From an uncultured Staphylococcaceae bacterium (lineage in GTDB: Bacteria; Bacillota_I; Bacilli_A; RFN20; CAG-826), in the NCBI GenBank assembly GCA_964504595.1, contig CAZDEE010000001.1:72983-136982 (forward strand): a DNA stretch of 64,000 bases. The letters run 5' to 3'. The translations under genes were made by a program, and so were the position numbers. This document shows, piece after piece, positions 18,940 to 28,597 of the stretch (its first letter is position 1; each line of letters starts with the position of its first letter). Below the pieces are notes generated by a model, which worked only from the letters and a program-made list of their open reading frames with translations, searched no databases and was not told the origin of the DNA.

Positions 18940-20235
18940 AATATGATATCCATTTAGAATTATTATTATTGTTATTTCAATGAGTGTAGATAAAGATATT
19001 GCATCTATTCCTAATGAAGGAGTAAAAATTAATAATATTAATATTCTAACAATGCAACTTATAGTTGTTGTAAAGAAAGCCTTTTTAGTTAATCCTAGAG
19101 CGTGCATTGCGGTATTTATTGGTGATTCTAAATAATATAGAACAAAAGGAAATGCTAATTTTTTAATATAATTGCTTCCTTTTGTTGTTTTATAGAGCAT
19201 ATAGGTAATTGAACCGTTATTAAAGAAGAAAATAATTGCCACTAAAAAACCAACGCTTAAACTTAGCATAATAACTTTTAAAAAGTGTTTTTTTGCTTGT
19301 TTAAAATTATTATTACCAATGTCGTTAGAGAGAATTGGCAACATATAGTTTGAAAACGCTAAAGAAAAAAATCCAGGTAACAAAAGGATTGGCATTGCAT
19401 AACCACTGTAAACGCCATATTCTGTTATGATGAAAGAGGAAGAGTATCCATTTTTTAGCATCAAATTGGTGATAATAATTGGCTCTAAAAAATATGTTAA
19501 TGAACCAATTAGTCTTGAAAGAGTAATAGGAATTGATAACGATAGTACTTCAGGAATCTCACTTAAAGGCTTAATTTCATTTAAAGAAAGCAGTTCTGAG
19601 GCACGTTTATATAATTTTAAATTGCTTTCAAAAATTAAATAAATACTTTGAAATACTTCACCAATGCAAACCCCGATAACTGCACCAAAAGCACCATAAG
19701 ATGGATTTATTTTAGTAAAATGATGTAGGAAAAGAACTATAAAAACAATTCTAGCACCTTCTTCCGCGATTGAAGAGCGCGCGGTCATTTTAACGAGGTT
19801 ATGACCAATAAAATACCCTTTTAATAGACTTGAAAGACTAACAAGAGGAACTAAAAGAGCAAGTCCATAGATGGTCATTGTAACATCCGTATTTTTTAAA
19901 ATTTTTGTTGCTAAAAATGGTGCAAAAAAGATGATAACTACCATTAGTGAAATTGAAATAATTAACGAAATTATTAATCCAGAAATGAATATTTTTTTGC
20001 TTTTATTCTTGTTCTTTGAAATGAGTGTGGCAATTGCTGTTGGTAATCCTAATTGAGCTAAAGTTATGACCAAAACCATTGCGGGATTTGCTAATGTATA
20101 AATTGACATTCCTTCAAGGCCTATGCTTCTTGTCATTAAAATTCTAGCAATCATCGACAATCCTTTAGAAAAAATTCCTAAAGTAATAATTTGTAGTAAT
20201 GTTTTAAATATCATTTTTTTCTTCAATTTTTTCAC
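18889..20235 (-). CDS. MOP-superfamily polysaccharide/lipid-II flippase, SpoVB-like
   Basis: About 14 TM helices over 448 aa. It lies between a yrbG-like gene and secDF, as spoVB does in B. subtilis. Its 3' end overlaps the convergent DUF421 gene by ~50 nt. Confidence 0.5.
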   Translation of the reverse strand: MKKLKKKMIFKTLLQIITLGIFSKGLSMIARILMTRSIGLEGMSIYTLANPAMVLVITLAQLGLPTAIATLISKNKNKSKKIFISGLIISLIISISLMVVIIFFAPFLATKILKNTDVTMTIYGLALLVPLVSLSSLLKGYFIGHNLVKMTARSSIAEEGARIVFIVLFLHHFTKINPSYGAFGAVIGVCIGEVFQSIYLIFESNLKLYKRASELLSLNEIKPLSEIPEVLSLSIPITLSRLIGSLTYFLEPIIITNLMLKNGYSSSFIITEYGVYSGYAMPILLLPGFFSLAFSNYMLPILSNDIGNNNFKQAKKHFLKVIMLSLSVGFLVAIIFFFNNGSITYMLYKTTKGSNYIKKLAFPFVLYYLESPINTAMHALGLTKKAFFTTTISCIVRILILLIFTPSLGIDAISLSTLIEITIIIILNGYHILKMFIKNDVKAIIISH

Positions 20236-20389
20236 CTTATTTCTTGAAATAAAAACTCATTAATGATATAGTTTTAAAGAAGTGTATGTTTTTTAAGAAA
20301 AAAACAATTATACACAGATGAATGACGAAATGGTTTCTTTCCATAATAGTCATTAGATTGATAAAATAGAACCGTTTGGAGGAATAATT

Positions 20390-22945
20390 ATGCGTCGTCG
20401 TTTTATTGCATTTATCACATTAATCATTAGTGCGATTGTCATTTTGATTGGTAATTTCACTAGTGTATTTACTGGAATCCACACTGGCACTGAATTTAAC
20501 AATGGATATTCTTATGTTTACAATATATCCGCGAGTGCAAATAGTGAAACAGAAGTGGATATTAAAGAAGCAGCTTCAGAAATGAATCGCCGTCTAAAGA
20601 ATGCTGAAATTAATGATTTTGACATTTCAATTGAAGGTGAAGATCAAATTAGAGTTACTTTTACTGGATCTAATGCTTCCGAAGCTGAACATATTAAGAA
20701 ATTATTATCTTACAATGCTGTATTCAGTTTAACCACAACTGATGATGTTCAACAAGCTGAAGGTGCTGATATTTTTGAAGGATCGGTTGCTAGAGTTGAA
20801 TTCCGCAATCAATATCCAATTATTGTAATTCCTATTTCTGATAAGTACAAAGTTGAGACTGTTAGAGAGCACGCACTTACATGTAAGGATGAAAGTGCAA
20901 GTAGTGAATCAGGAGAAAGTTCAGATGAAATCGATTTAACAATGATTATCCTTTGGGCAAATAAAGTTGAAGGTGAAAGCTTTGAAAACGCCATTGACTC
21001 TGATAACCCAGATCATGAAAAGATTCAAGAAAAAGTTTTGTTAGCATTCTCATCAAGTGAGGATAGCTTCTATTACAATGATGAACATACTGAAATTGCT
21101 TATACAATGAATGTTTCAACCGATGAAACAACCGGTGAAATTAATAAATTAGATGCTAAGCAAAAAGCAATTGAAGCTCATAGAAAAGCAGATTTATTTA
21201 ATGCAGGTTCATTAGATTATGATGTAACTTTCTTATATGATACACCTGCTGATGCATCAGTTGAAAATCTTATTAACTATGGAAACTACGCAAATATCAA
21301 TTGGAGTTCAAAAATTGTTATTAGCACAATTGTCGGTATTGTATTAGTTTCAATTTTACTTGTTATCTATTATAAAATTAATTCTGTTGTCGCTATTACA
21401 ACTACAGGAGCTTCATTATTAACAACCCTTGCTATTTTCAATGTTTTCGGTGTTGAATTCTCAATCGGCGCCTTGATAGGATTACTTGTAATTGCGGCGC
21501 TTGGATTATTCTCAAATATTTATTATTTTGAAAAATTAAAGAATGAATTATATCGTGGTAGAAATTTAAAGAAAGCAAATGCCGAAGCTTCAAAACGTTC
21601 TACATTACCAGTTATTGATGCTTCAGTTATCGTTTTGCTTGCTTCATTAATTACCTTCTTCGTTGGCGAACCTCTTGTTAAAGCATTCGCGGTTATATCC
21701 GCACTTGGAACCATTTGTAACTTAATTTTCTGCTTAATTGGTACAAAAGGATTAATGTGGTTACTTACAAATGATACTTGGATGCAAAAGAATAAATCCT
21801 TATTATGTGTTGATGAAAGTAAAATTCCAAATACACAAAACGAAGAAAAACAAACTTATTTTGGAACTTTTGATGGCAAAAATGTCGCAAAAAATAGTAA
21901 GAAAGTTGGTATTGCTGCCACAATCATAATTGTTCTTGGAATTGCCTTAACATTAGTATTTAACTTCACAATTGGAACCTTCAATTATGGTGATAATTAT
22001 GCAAGCAGTACTAGAATTCAATTAGTCGTTGAAGATAATTCTGATATTAATAAAGTTGAAACATTAGCAAATGACTTAATTAATTTAGGATTTGATATCG
22101 ATGATAGTACATTAAATGTCGCTACAGGAACAAAAGATGTAAATGATACTAAAATTAATTTAAATTACTTCGTAGTTGATGTTATTTCATTACCAGGTGA
22201 TGATTCCGTTATCTATAATGATATTAATACCTATGAAGGTGATAAATTATTAACCATTCAAGCTTACTTAGAAGCTTACTATCAAGGTATTGATAGTGAT
22301 GCAGAAGTTAAAGTTATGAATGTTACACCAATTGCTCATACTGTTAATCCATGGAATGTTGCTTTAGGAATTTTATTCGGATTATTACTTTCTGGAGTAT
22401 ATATGGCATTACGTTATGGATTATCAAAGTCAATTTCATCATTTATCGTTGGAGTTGCTTCAACATTTGCAACCTTAGCATTATTTATCATTTGTCGTAT
22501 AACATTTACTGATATTGCCGCAATTGGTTTATTGGCTATTATGAATATTTCCTTGTTATTATCATTATTATTTAATTCAAGAGAAAAAGATATTCATGAT
22601 GAAGTAAAAGATTTCACAGCTGAAGAAAAAATGATTAAAGCTAATGATTCTGCATTTGGAAGTATGTTTAACTTAGTGATATTCAATTTATTTATCGCGT
22701 TATCTTTATTAGCGTTTGGTCCAGCAAGCTATAACATAGTATTTGTTTTAGTGATTATCGGTTTATTAATTTCCTTGTTATTTAATTCTTCATTAACAAT
22801 GTCATTGTATATTGAATTTGCTTCATTATTTAGAAAAATAAAAGTAAGTAAACCACAAAGAAAGAATAAAGATAAGAAGAAAAAGAAAGTCGAACAAAAG
22901 ACCACTGAACCTGAAGAAGCAATCTTCATTGGAATTAACGATTAA
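20390..22945 (+). CDS. secDF: Fused protein translocase subunit SecDF
   Basis: 851 aa with two periplasmic-domain plus 6-TM modules. SecD-like and SecF-like TM bundles are present. Confidence 0.8.
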   Translation: MRRRFIAFITLIISAIVILIGNFTSVFTGIHTGTEFNNGYSYVYNISASANSETEVDIKEAASEMNRRLKNAEINDFDISIEGEDQIRVTFTGSNASEAEHIKKLLSYNAVFSLTTTDDVQQAEGADIFEGSVARVEFRNQYPIIVIPISDKYKVETVREHALTCKDESASSESGESSDEIDLTMIILWANKVEGESFENAIDSDNPDHEKIQEKVLLAFSSSEDSFYYNDEHTEIAYTMNVSTDETTGEINKLDAKQKAIEAHRKADLFNAGSLDYDVTFLYDTPADASVENLINYGNYANINWSSKIVISTIVGIVLVSILLVIYYKINSVVAITTTGASLLTTLAIFNVFGVEFSIGALIGLLVIAALGLFSNIYYFEKLKNELYRGRNLKKANAEASKRSTLPVIDASVIVLLASLITFFVGEPLVKAFAVISALGTICNLIFCLIGTKGLMWLLTNDTWMQKNKSLLCVDESKIPNTQNEEKQTYFGTFDGKNVAKNSKKVGIAATIIIVLGIALTLVFNFTIGTFNYGDNYASSTRIQLVVEDNSDINKVETLANDLINLGFDIDDSTLNVATGTKDVNDTKINLNYFVVDVISLPGDDSVIYNDINTYEGDKLLTIQAYLEAYYQGIDSDAEVKVMNVTPIAHTVNPWNVALGILFGLLLSGVYMALRYGLSKSISSFIVGVASTFATLALFIICRITFTDIAAIGLLAIMNISLLLSLLFNSREKDIHDEVKDFTAEEKMIKANDSAFGSMFNLVIFNLFIALSLLAFGPASYNIVFVLVIIGLLISLLFNSSLTMSLYIEFASLFRKIKVSKPQRKNKDKKKKKVEQKTTEPEEAIFIGIND

Positions 22946-22972
22946 GGCTGTTTATACAGCCTTTTCTTATTT
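22944..22972 (+). terminator. Terminator after secDF
   Basis: AAGGCTGtttataCAGCCTT followed by TTCTTATTT. Confidence 0.45.
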
Positions 22973-22991
22973 AATAGGAAAGGATGGTAGT

Positions 22992-24545
22992 ATGGATTTT
23001 ATTAGTAAACTTTGCCATCATTATAATTTGACATATGATGAGTTTAAAGAATATATAAGAGATAAAAGTATTGATGATATTCCTGACTATACTCATTTTA
23101 AAGATATAGATAAAGTTGTTAATCGCATTAAATTAGCCATTAAAAATAAAGAAAAAATATTAATTTATGGCGATTATGATTGCGATGGTATTATGGCTAC
23201 ATCCATATTAGTTAAAACTTTTGATCTATTGAATTATAATGTCGGATATTATATTCCATCAAGATACTTAGATGGCTATGGATTAAATTGTGAAAAAGTA
23301 CAAGAAGCTTATAATAAGGGCTATAAATTAATAATTACTGTTGATAATGGTGTTATGCAACATAGTGCGGTAACTTTAGCAAATGAATTAGGAATAGATG
23401 TAATTATTACCGATCACCATAATTTACCAAGTACATTACCGGATGCTCTTTATATTTTGCATCCTATTTATTCAAATTATGGAAATTTAGTTTGTTGCGG
23501 TGCATATGTCGCTTTCATGCTTTCTTGGGCTCTATTAGGAGATTATGAGCCATATTTGCTTTGTTTAGCGGCTATTGCCACAATTAGCGATTTAATGGAA
23601 TTAAAAGGTTACAACAGGGATATTGTTAAGATTTCTTTTTCTATCTTAAATAAGTCTAATTTTCCTTCAATTAATAACTTAATTGGAGGCTCTGAACCTG
23701 TTGATGAATTTACTTATGCTTTAAAAATAGCCCCAAAAATTAACGCAGTAGGAAGAGTTTTAGAAGGGCATCAAGCAAATAAAATAGTGACATTTTTAAC
23801 AACAAATGACACTAATGCGATTCAATTACTTGGTAAATCAATTGATGAAATTAATAATAAACGTAAAGAAATGACATCAACTTGTACTTCTTCTTTAGAG
23901 GTCGATGAATCTCAATCGGCAATAGTCTTAATATGTGAAGAAAAAGAAGGATTGATTGGATTAATTGCCAATCAATTATTACAAAAGTACAATAAACCAG
24001 TAGTAGTTTTTTCTAAATCTCAAGATGAATCAATTTATAAGGGTAGCGCGCGTTCTAAAAATGGATTTTCCATTGTTAAAGCATTTGAATCTTTAAAAGA
24101 ATATTTACTAGTGTATGGAGGGCATTCTCTTGCCGGAGGATGTTCGATTAATATCTCTAATTTTGAAGAGTTTAAGAAACAATTCATCGCTCTTGCTGAC
24201 ATTTATAAACTAGAAGAGGAAAAAGAAGATACTATCGAATTGCAATTAGATGAAGTAACATTTCATAATTATGAAATCTTATCATCACTTGGCCCATTTG
24301 GAATGGGATTTAAGGCTCCTAAATTTTCTTTGCCGAAATTAAAAACTAATTTTTTAAAGTATTCTAATGATGGTAAGCATATTATGACGCCTTTATCAAT
24401 GAAATCTAAACTCGTTGGTTTTTATATAAATCGAAATGAAGTTAGTTTGTATTCATGGATTAATATTGAAGGAAAAATGGCTTTAAATTATTTTAAAGGT
24501 AACAAATCATTGCAATTTATAATCGATAAGTACACATTAGAATAA
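22992..24545 (+). CDS. recJ: Single-stranded-DNA-specific exonuclease RecJ (short form, DHH+DHHA1)
   Basis: DHH motifs are GDYDCDGI, DNGV and ITDHH, followed by the DHHA1 region GGHSLAGG. An AGGAAAGGATGG RBS is present. The ORF-track start at 22929 lies inside the secDF terminator. Confidence 0.8.
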   Translation: MDFISKLCHHYNLTYDEFKEYIRDKSIDDIPDYTHFKDIDKVVNRIKLAIKNKEKILIYGDYDCDGIMATSILVKTFDLLNYNVGYYIPSRYLDGYGLNCEKVQEAYNKGYKLIITVDNGVMQHSAVTLANELGIDVIITDHHNLPSTLPDALYILHPIYSNYGNLVCCGAYVAFMLSWALLGDYEPYLLCLAAIATISDLMELKGYNRDIVKISFSILNKSNFPSINNLIGGSEPVDEFTYALKIAPKINAVGRVLEGHQANKIVTFLTTNDTNAIQLLGKSIDEINNKRKEMTSTCTSSLEVDESQSAIVLICEEKEGLIGLIANQLLQKYNKPVVVFSKSQDESIYKGSARSKNGFSIVKAFESLKEYLLVYGGHSLAGGCSINISNFEEFKKQFIALADIYKLEEEKEDTIELQLDEVTFHNYEILSSLGPFGMGFKAPKFSLPKLKTNFLKYSNDGKHIMTPLSMKSKLVGFYINRNEVSLYSWINIEGKMALNYFKGNKSLQFIIDKYTLE

Positions 24546-24670
24546 AAAAATCGTATTTATTGCATATTTTTTTAAATATTTTTATTAACAATTAATAAAA
24601 ACTATATAAAAATTGAATTTATTAGTATAATAATAAATGACTTTTTTGATTGAAGGAAGTGTTGTATATT

Positions 24671-26863
24671 ATGGTAAAAGAAGACTATATTCATCATACA
24701 TTTGAGGATGTTAAAGATCTTTATGTCGCTTATATTAAAAACGAAGATGATCGTAATCTTATTTTAAAAGCGTATGAATTTGCTTTAAGTAAACATTCAA
24801 ATCAAATTAGAAAATCTGGAGAACCTTACGTTCAACATCTAATTGAAACGGCCTATACATTAGCGAGATTACAATCCGGTCCAAATACTATTGCTGCTGG
24901 TTTCTTACATGATGTCGTTGAAGATTGTGATGTAACATTAGATGAAATTGAAGGACTTTTTGGAAGTGATATTGAATCGCTTGTTGATGCAGTTACAAAA
25001 TTACAAAAACTTCAACTTAATCGAATTGATCCACGTGAATTTGAAGCCGAAGGTCACCGCAAAATATTTATTGCAATGGCTAAAGACATTCGTGTTATTA
25101 TTATTAAACTTGCGGATCGTCTTCATAATATGAGAACACTAGAATGGCTTAAACCAGAAAGACAATTGGCTATAGCTAGGGAAACGTTAGAAGTTTATGC
25201 CCCTATTGCGCACCGATTAGGTATTAATAAAATTAAATCAGAATTAGAGGACTTATCTTTAAAATATTTAGATCCTGATAAATATAACGAAATTGTTAAT
25301 TTATTAGATGTTAGAATTAAAAATCGTCAAGAAGCATTAGGTAAACTTAAAAAGAAAATCGCGGACGCTCTTTATGAAGCTAAAATTCCTTTTGAAATTG
25401 AATCACGTGTTAAATCAATATATTCGATTTATAAAAAAATATATTTAAAAGGCAGAATTTTTGATGAAATATATGACATTATGGCGTTACGTATTATTAC
25501 TGAAACCGAAATAAATTGTTATGAAGTTTTAGGATTAATTCATGCAACCTATAAGCCTATTCCAGGTCGTTTTAAGGACTATATTGCAATGCCTAAACCT
25601 AATATGTATCAATCATTACATACCTCAATTATTGCCGGTGAAGGTCAAATTTTCGAAGTGCAAATAAGAACTCATGAAATGGATGAAGTTGCTGAAAGTG
25701 GAGTTGCCGCTCACTGGAGATATAAAGAAGGCACTAAATATTCTCCTGAAAAAGAACAACGTGAAATTGAAGAAAAACTTCACTGGTTTAGAGAATTTGT
25801 CCATATTTCTACCGATGATTTAAGCGAAGATGCTAGAGAATATATGGAAACATTAAGTAAAGATATATTTGACGCGAATGTATATGTATTCACCCCAAAA
25901 GGTAGGGTAATCGATTTACCTAATGGGGCTACACCTTTAGATTTTGCTTATCGGATTCATACTAAAGTTGGAGATTCTGCTGTAGGAGCAATCGTTAATA
26001 ATGTTTTAGTACCATTAAATACAGCATTAAAGACCGGTGATGTTGTTGAAATAAGAACTAGTAAAACTTCACCAGGGCCAAATGAAGGGTGGTTACAAAT
26101 TGTTACTACAAATGCGGCAAAGAATCATATTAGAAAGTTTTTAGCGCGAAGAAATGCTGAATTTTTACGTGAAGATAAAATTTCTCAAGGTAAATCATCG
26201 CTTATTGTCGCTTTTAAAGACCGTGGTTTAAGTGAAACAGAAATGATGGAACTTGTGTCTCAAGATAAGGTTTTAAATCACTTTAATTGTGAGGATTTAG
26301 ATGCATTTTTTATCGGTATCTGTAATCGTACCTTTACTTCAAGTCAGGTAATTGAATATTTAAAAATTAAAAGAAAAATTGATGTTCAAAATTTAATATA
26401 TAAGGGTAATACTGATTCTGATGCTCCGGTATATGTTAAAAATGCCGGTAAAGTAGCTATTACATTAGGCTCATGTTGTACACCAATACCAGGTGATGAT
26501 ATTGTTGGTTATATCACTAAGGGCCGTGGTATAACAGTTCATAGAATTAATTGTCCAAATATCAAAAATCAGCAAAAACGCTTGATTGAAGTATTTTGGA
26601 ATGAACAATTAACTATCGGATCATATCCGGTCGATATTAATATTGAAGCTTCCGATAGAAGTAATTTACTCGTAGATTTAATGGGCTTATTTGCACAATT
26701 GAAAGTAAATGTTTCATCAATATCTGCGAAAGCAAATCAATCGACTTTACGTGCATCGGTTCAAGCTACGATATTAGTAAGCGATGCTAAACGATTAAAT
26801 GATATCTTTAATGTTTTGTTGAATGTTCATGGTGTATATGAGGTAAAAAGAATCATCCATTAA
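24671..26863 (+). CDS. rel: Bifunctional (p)ppGpp synthetase/hydrolase Rel
   Basis: An HD domain, a RelA/SpoT synthetase domain, TGS and ACT domains are present. The N-terminal domain of 737 aa is typical. Confidence 0.9.
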   Translation: MVKEDYIHHTFEDVKDLYVAYIKNEDDRNLILKAYEFALSKHSNQIRKSGEPYVQHLIETAYTLARLQSGPNTIAAGFLHDVVEDCDVTLDEIEGLFGSDIESLVDAVTKLQKLQLNRIDPREFEAEGHRKIFIAMAKDIRVIIIKLADRLHNMRTLEWLKPERQLAIARETLEVYAPIAHRLGINKIKSELEDLSLKYLDPDKYNEIVNLLDVRIKNRQEALGKLKKKIADALYEAKIPFEIESRVKSIYSIYKKIYLKGRIFDEIYDIMALRIITETEINCYEVLGLIHATYKPIPGRFKDYIAMPKPNMYQSLHTSIIAGEGQIFEVQIRTHEMDEVAESGVAAHWRYKEGTKYSPEKEQREIEEKLHWFREFVHISTDDLSEDAREYMETLSKDIFDANVYVFTPKGRVIDLPNGATPLDFAYRIHTKVGDSAVGAIVNNVLVPLNTALKTGDVVEIRTSKTSPGPNEGWLQIVTTNAAKNHIRKFLARRNAEFLREDKISQGKSSLIVAFKDRGLSETEMMELVSQDKVLNHFNCEDLDAFFIGICNRTFTSSQVIEYLKIKRKIDVQNLIYKGNTDSDAPVYVKNAGKVAITLGSCCTPIPGDDIVGYITKGRGITVHRINCPNIKNQQKRLIEVFWNEQLTIGSYPVDINIEASDRSNLLVDLMGLFAQLKVNVSSISAKANQSTLRASVQATILVSDAKRLNDIFNVLLNVHGVYEVKRIIH

Positions 26864-26974
26864 TTTTAAATTCATTCATATTTTTAAAAAATTCACTTAA
26901 AATACATTGAAAATTATTATTTATTAATAATAATGTTGACTATTTTAAAAAAAATAGCAATAATATACTTAGTC

Positions 26975-27190
26975 GAAGAAGCAGAGAATTATAGAGACTT
27001 TTTTATAGAAAGAACTTGGTTGATGGAAAAGTTTAAAAAGCACTATAAGGGACACTGTGGAGATTGAATATTGAAGTAATAGTAGATATTCCGCTGACGA
27101 CGTTAACGTCATTAAGGGCATAGGTTAATATATCTATGAACTAAGGTGGTACCGCGTTTAAATCGTCCTTAGGGCGATTTTTTTTTGGAA
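26975..27190 (+). promoter_or_regulatory. T-box riboswitch leader of hisS-aspS
   Basis: T-box AAGGTGGTACCGCG lies at 27143-27156. The terminator AATCGTCCttagGGCGATT plus a T-run follows at 27160-27190. A CAC (His) candidate specifier lies near 27050. Confidence 0.8.
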
Positions 27191-27205
27191 AAAAGGAGGC
27201 TAATT

Positions 27206-28558
27206 ATGGCATATAATCTACCAAAAGGAACTCATGATATTTTTGAAGATGAAGTACGTGGATATGACTATATCGAACAAGTCTTAAGAGGTGTTGCAGA
27301 AACTTATGGATTTAGCGAAATGAGAACACCTATTTTTGAACAAACAGAATTATTTACTCGTTCAGTTGGAGAGTCTAGTGATGTTGTTCAAAAAGAAATG
27401 TATACATTTTTAGATAAGGGCGGACGGAGCATGACTTTAAGACCAGAAGGAACAGCAGGAGTTATGAGAGCAATTGTTTCAAATAAGTTATATGCAACAA
27501 ATGCTGATTTACCTCTTAAATCATGGTATTTAGGTCCAGTATTTAGATATGAAAGGCCACAAGCAGGTCGCTATCGCCAATTTTCTCAATTTGGTGTTGA
27601 ATCAGTCGGAGTAACAAACTACTACCATGATGCGGAAATCATTATGATGGGCTTTTACATGCTTAAAATGCTCGGATTAAAAAATATTGAGCTTAGAATT
27701 AATACGTTAGGTGATAAAGTTAGTCGCAATGCCTATAAAGAAGCTTTAAAAGAGTATTTTAGTAAGTATGTTGATCGAATGTGTAGCGATTGTAAACTAC
27801 GTTATGAGATTAATCCTTTAAGAATATTGGACTGCAAAGTTCTAGAGGATCAAGAAATAGCAAAAGCAGCACCAAAATTACGCGATTATCTTTCAGAAGA
27901 AGCTAATGATTATTTTGAAAAAATATTATCTTTATTAGATAATTTTGAAATTCCTTATGTCATTGATGATAATTTAGTAAGAGGATTAGATTATTATTCT
28001 CATGTTGTATTTGAATTCCATTATACTTTATCGAATGGCAAAAATTTAGGTGCAGTTGGAGCTGGAGGACATTATAGCGAACTTCTTCATGAAGTTGGAG
28101 GTCCTTCATTAGAAGGCGTTGGAATGGCTTTTGGCGTTGAAAGATTATATGGATTATTACATGATGAAAATCTCTTAAAAGATACACAAAATCATCATGA
28201 TATAAGCGTGATGGCTTTGTCTGATAAGGCTTTAGATTTGTGTTATGAAATTACAACCGCCTTACGTTTAGAAGGATTTAGAGTCGATATGAATATGGAA
28301 GCTAAGGGCTTTAAGCAACAATTTAAACGCGCGGAAAGAAAAAATTCTGCTTTAGCGGTCATTGTTGGAGAAGATGAATTAGCTAAAGAAGAAGTCATCA
28401 TTCGAGATTTGCTTAAACAAGAGCAAAAATGCGTTAATTTAACAGATATGATGACTATTATTAATGACTTTTTTGAAATAGAAGAACATCATTGTCATTG
28501 CCATGAAGAAGGCCATGAATGTGGTGACAACTGTTGTTGTCATCATGATGATGATTAA
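27206..28558 (+). CDS. hisS: Histidyl-tRNA synthetase with an unusual Cys/His-rich C-terminal tail
   Basis: Class II motifs and the HisRS anticodon-binding domain are present. The last 25 aa read EEHHCHCHEEGHECGDNCCCHHDDD. Confidence 0.9.
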   Translation: MAYNLPKGTHDIFEDEVRGYDYIEQVLRGVAETYGFSEMRTPIFEQTELFTRSVGESSDVVQKEMYTFLDKGGRSMTLRPEGTAGVMRAIVSNKLYATNADLPLKSWYLGPVFRYERPQAGRYRQFSQFGVESVGVTNYYHDAEIIMMGFYMLKMLGLKNIELRINTLGDKVSRNAYKEALKEYFSKYVDRMCSDCKLRYEINPLRILDCKVLEDQEIAKAAPKLRDYLSEEANDYFEKILSLLDNFEIPYVIDDNLVRGLDYYSHVVFEFHYTLSNGKNLGAVGAGGHYSELLHEVGGPSLEGVGMAFGVERLYGLLHDENLLKDTQNHHDISVMALSDKALDLCYEITTALRLEGFRVDMNMEAKGFKQQFKRAERKNSALAVIVGEDELAKEEVIIRDLLKQEQKCVNLTDMMTIINDFFEIEEHHCHCHEEGHECGDNCCCHHDDD

Positions 28559-28597
28559 TATAATTATGAAAAAAAGATAGATTTGAGGGGAGAAAAT

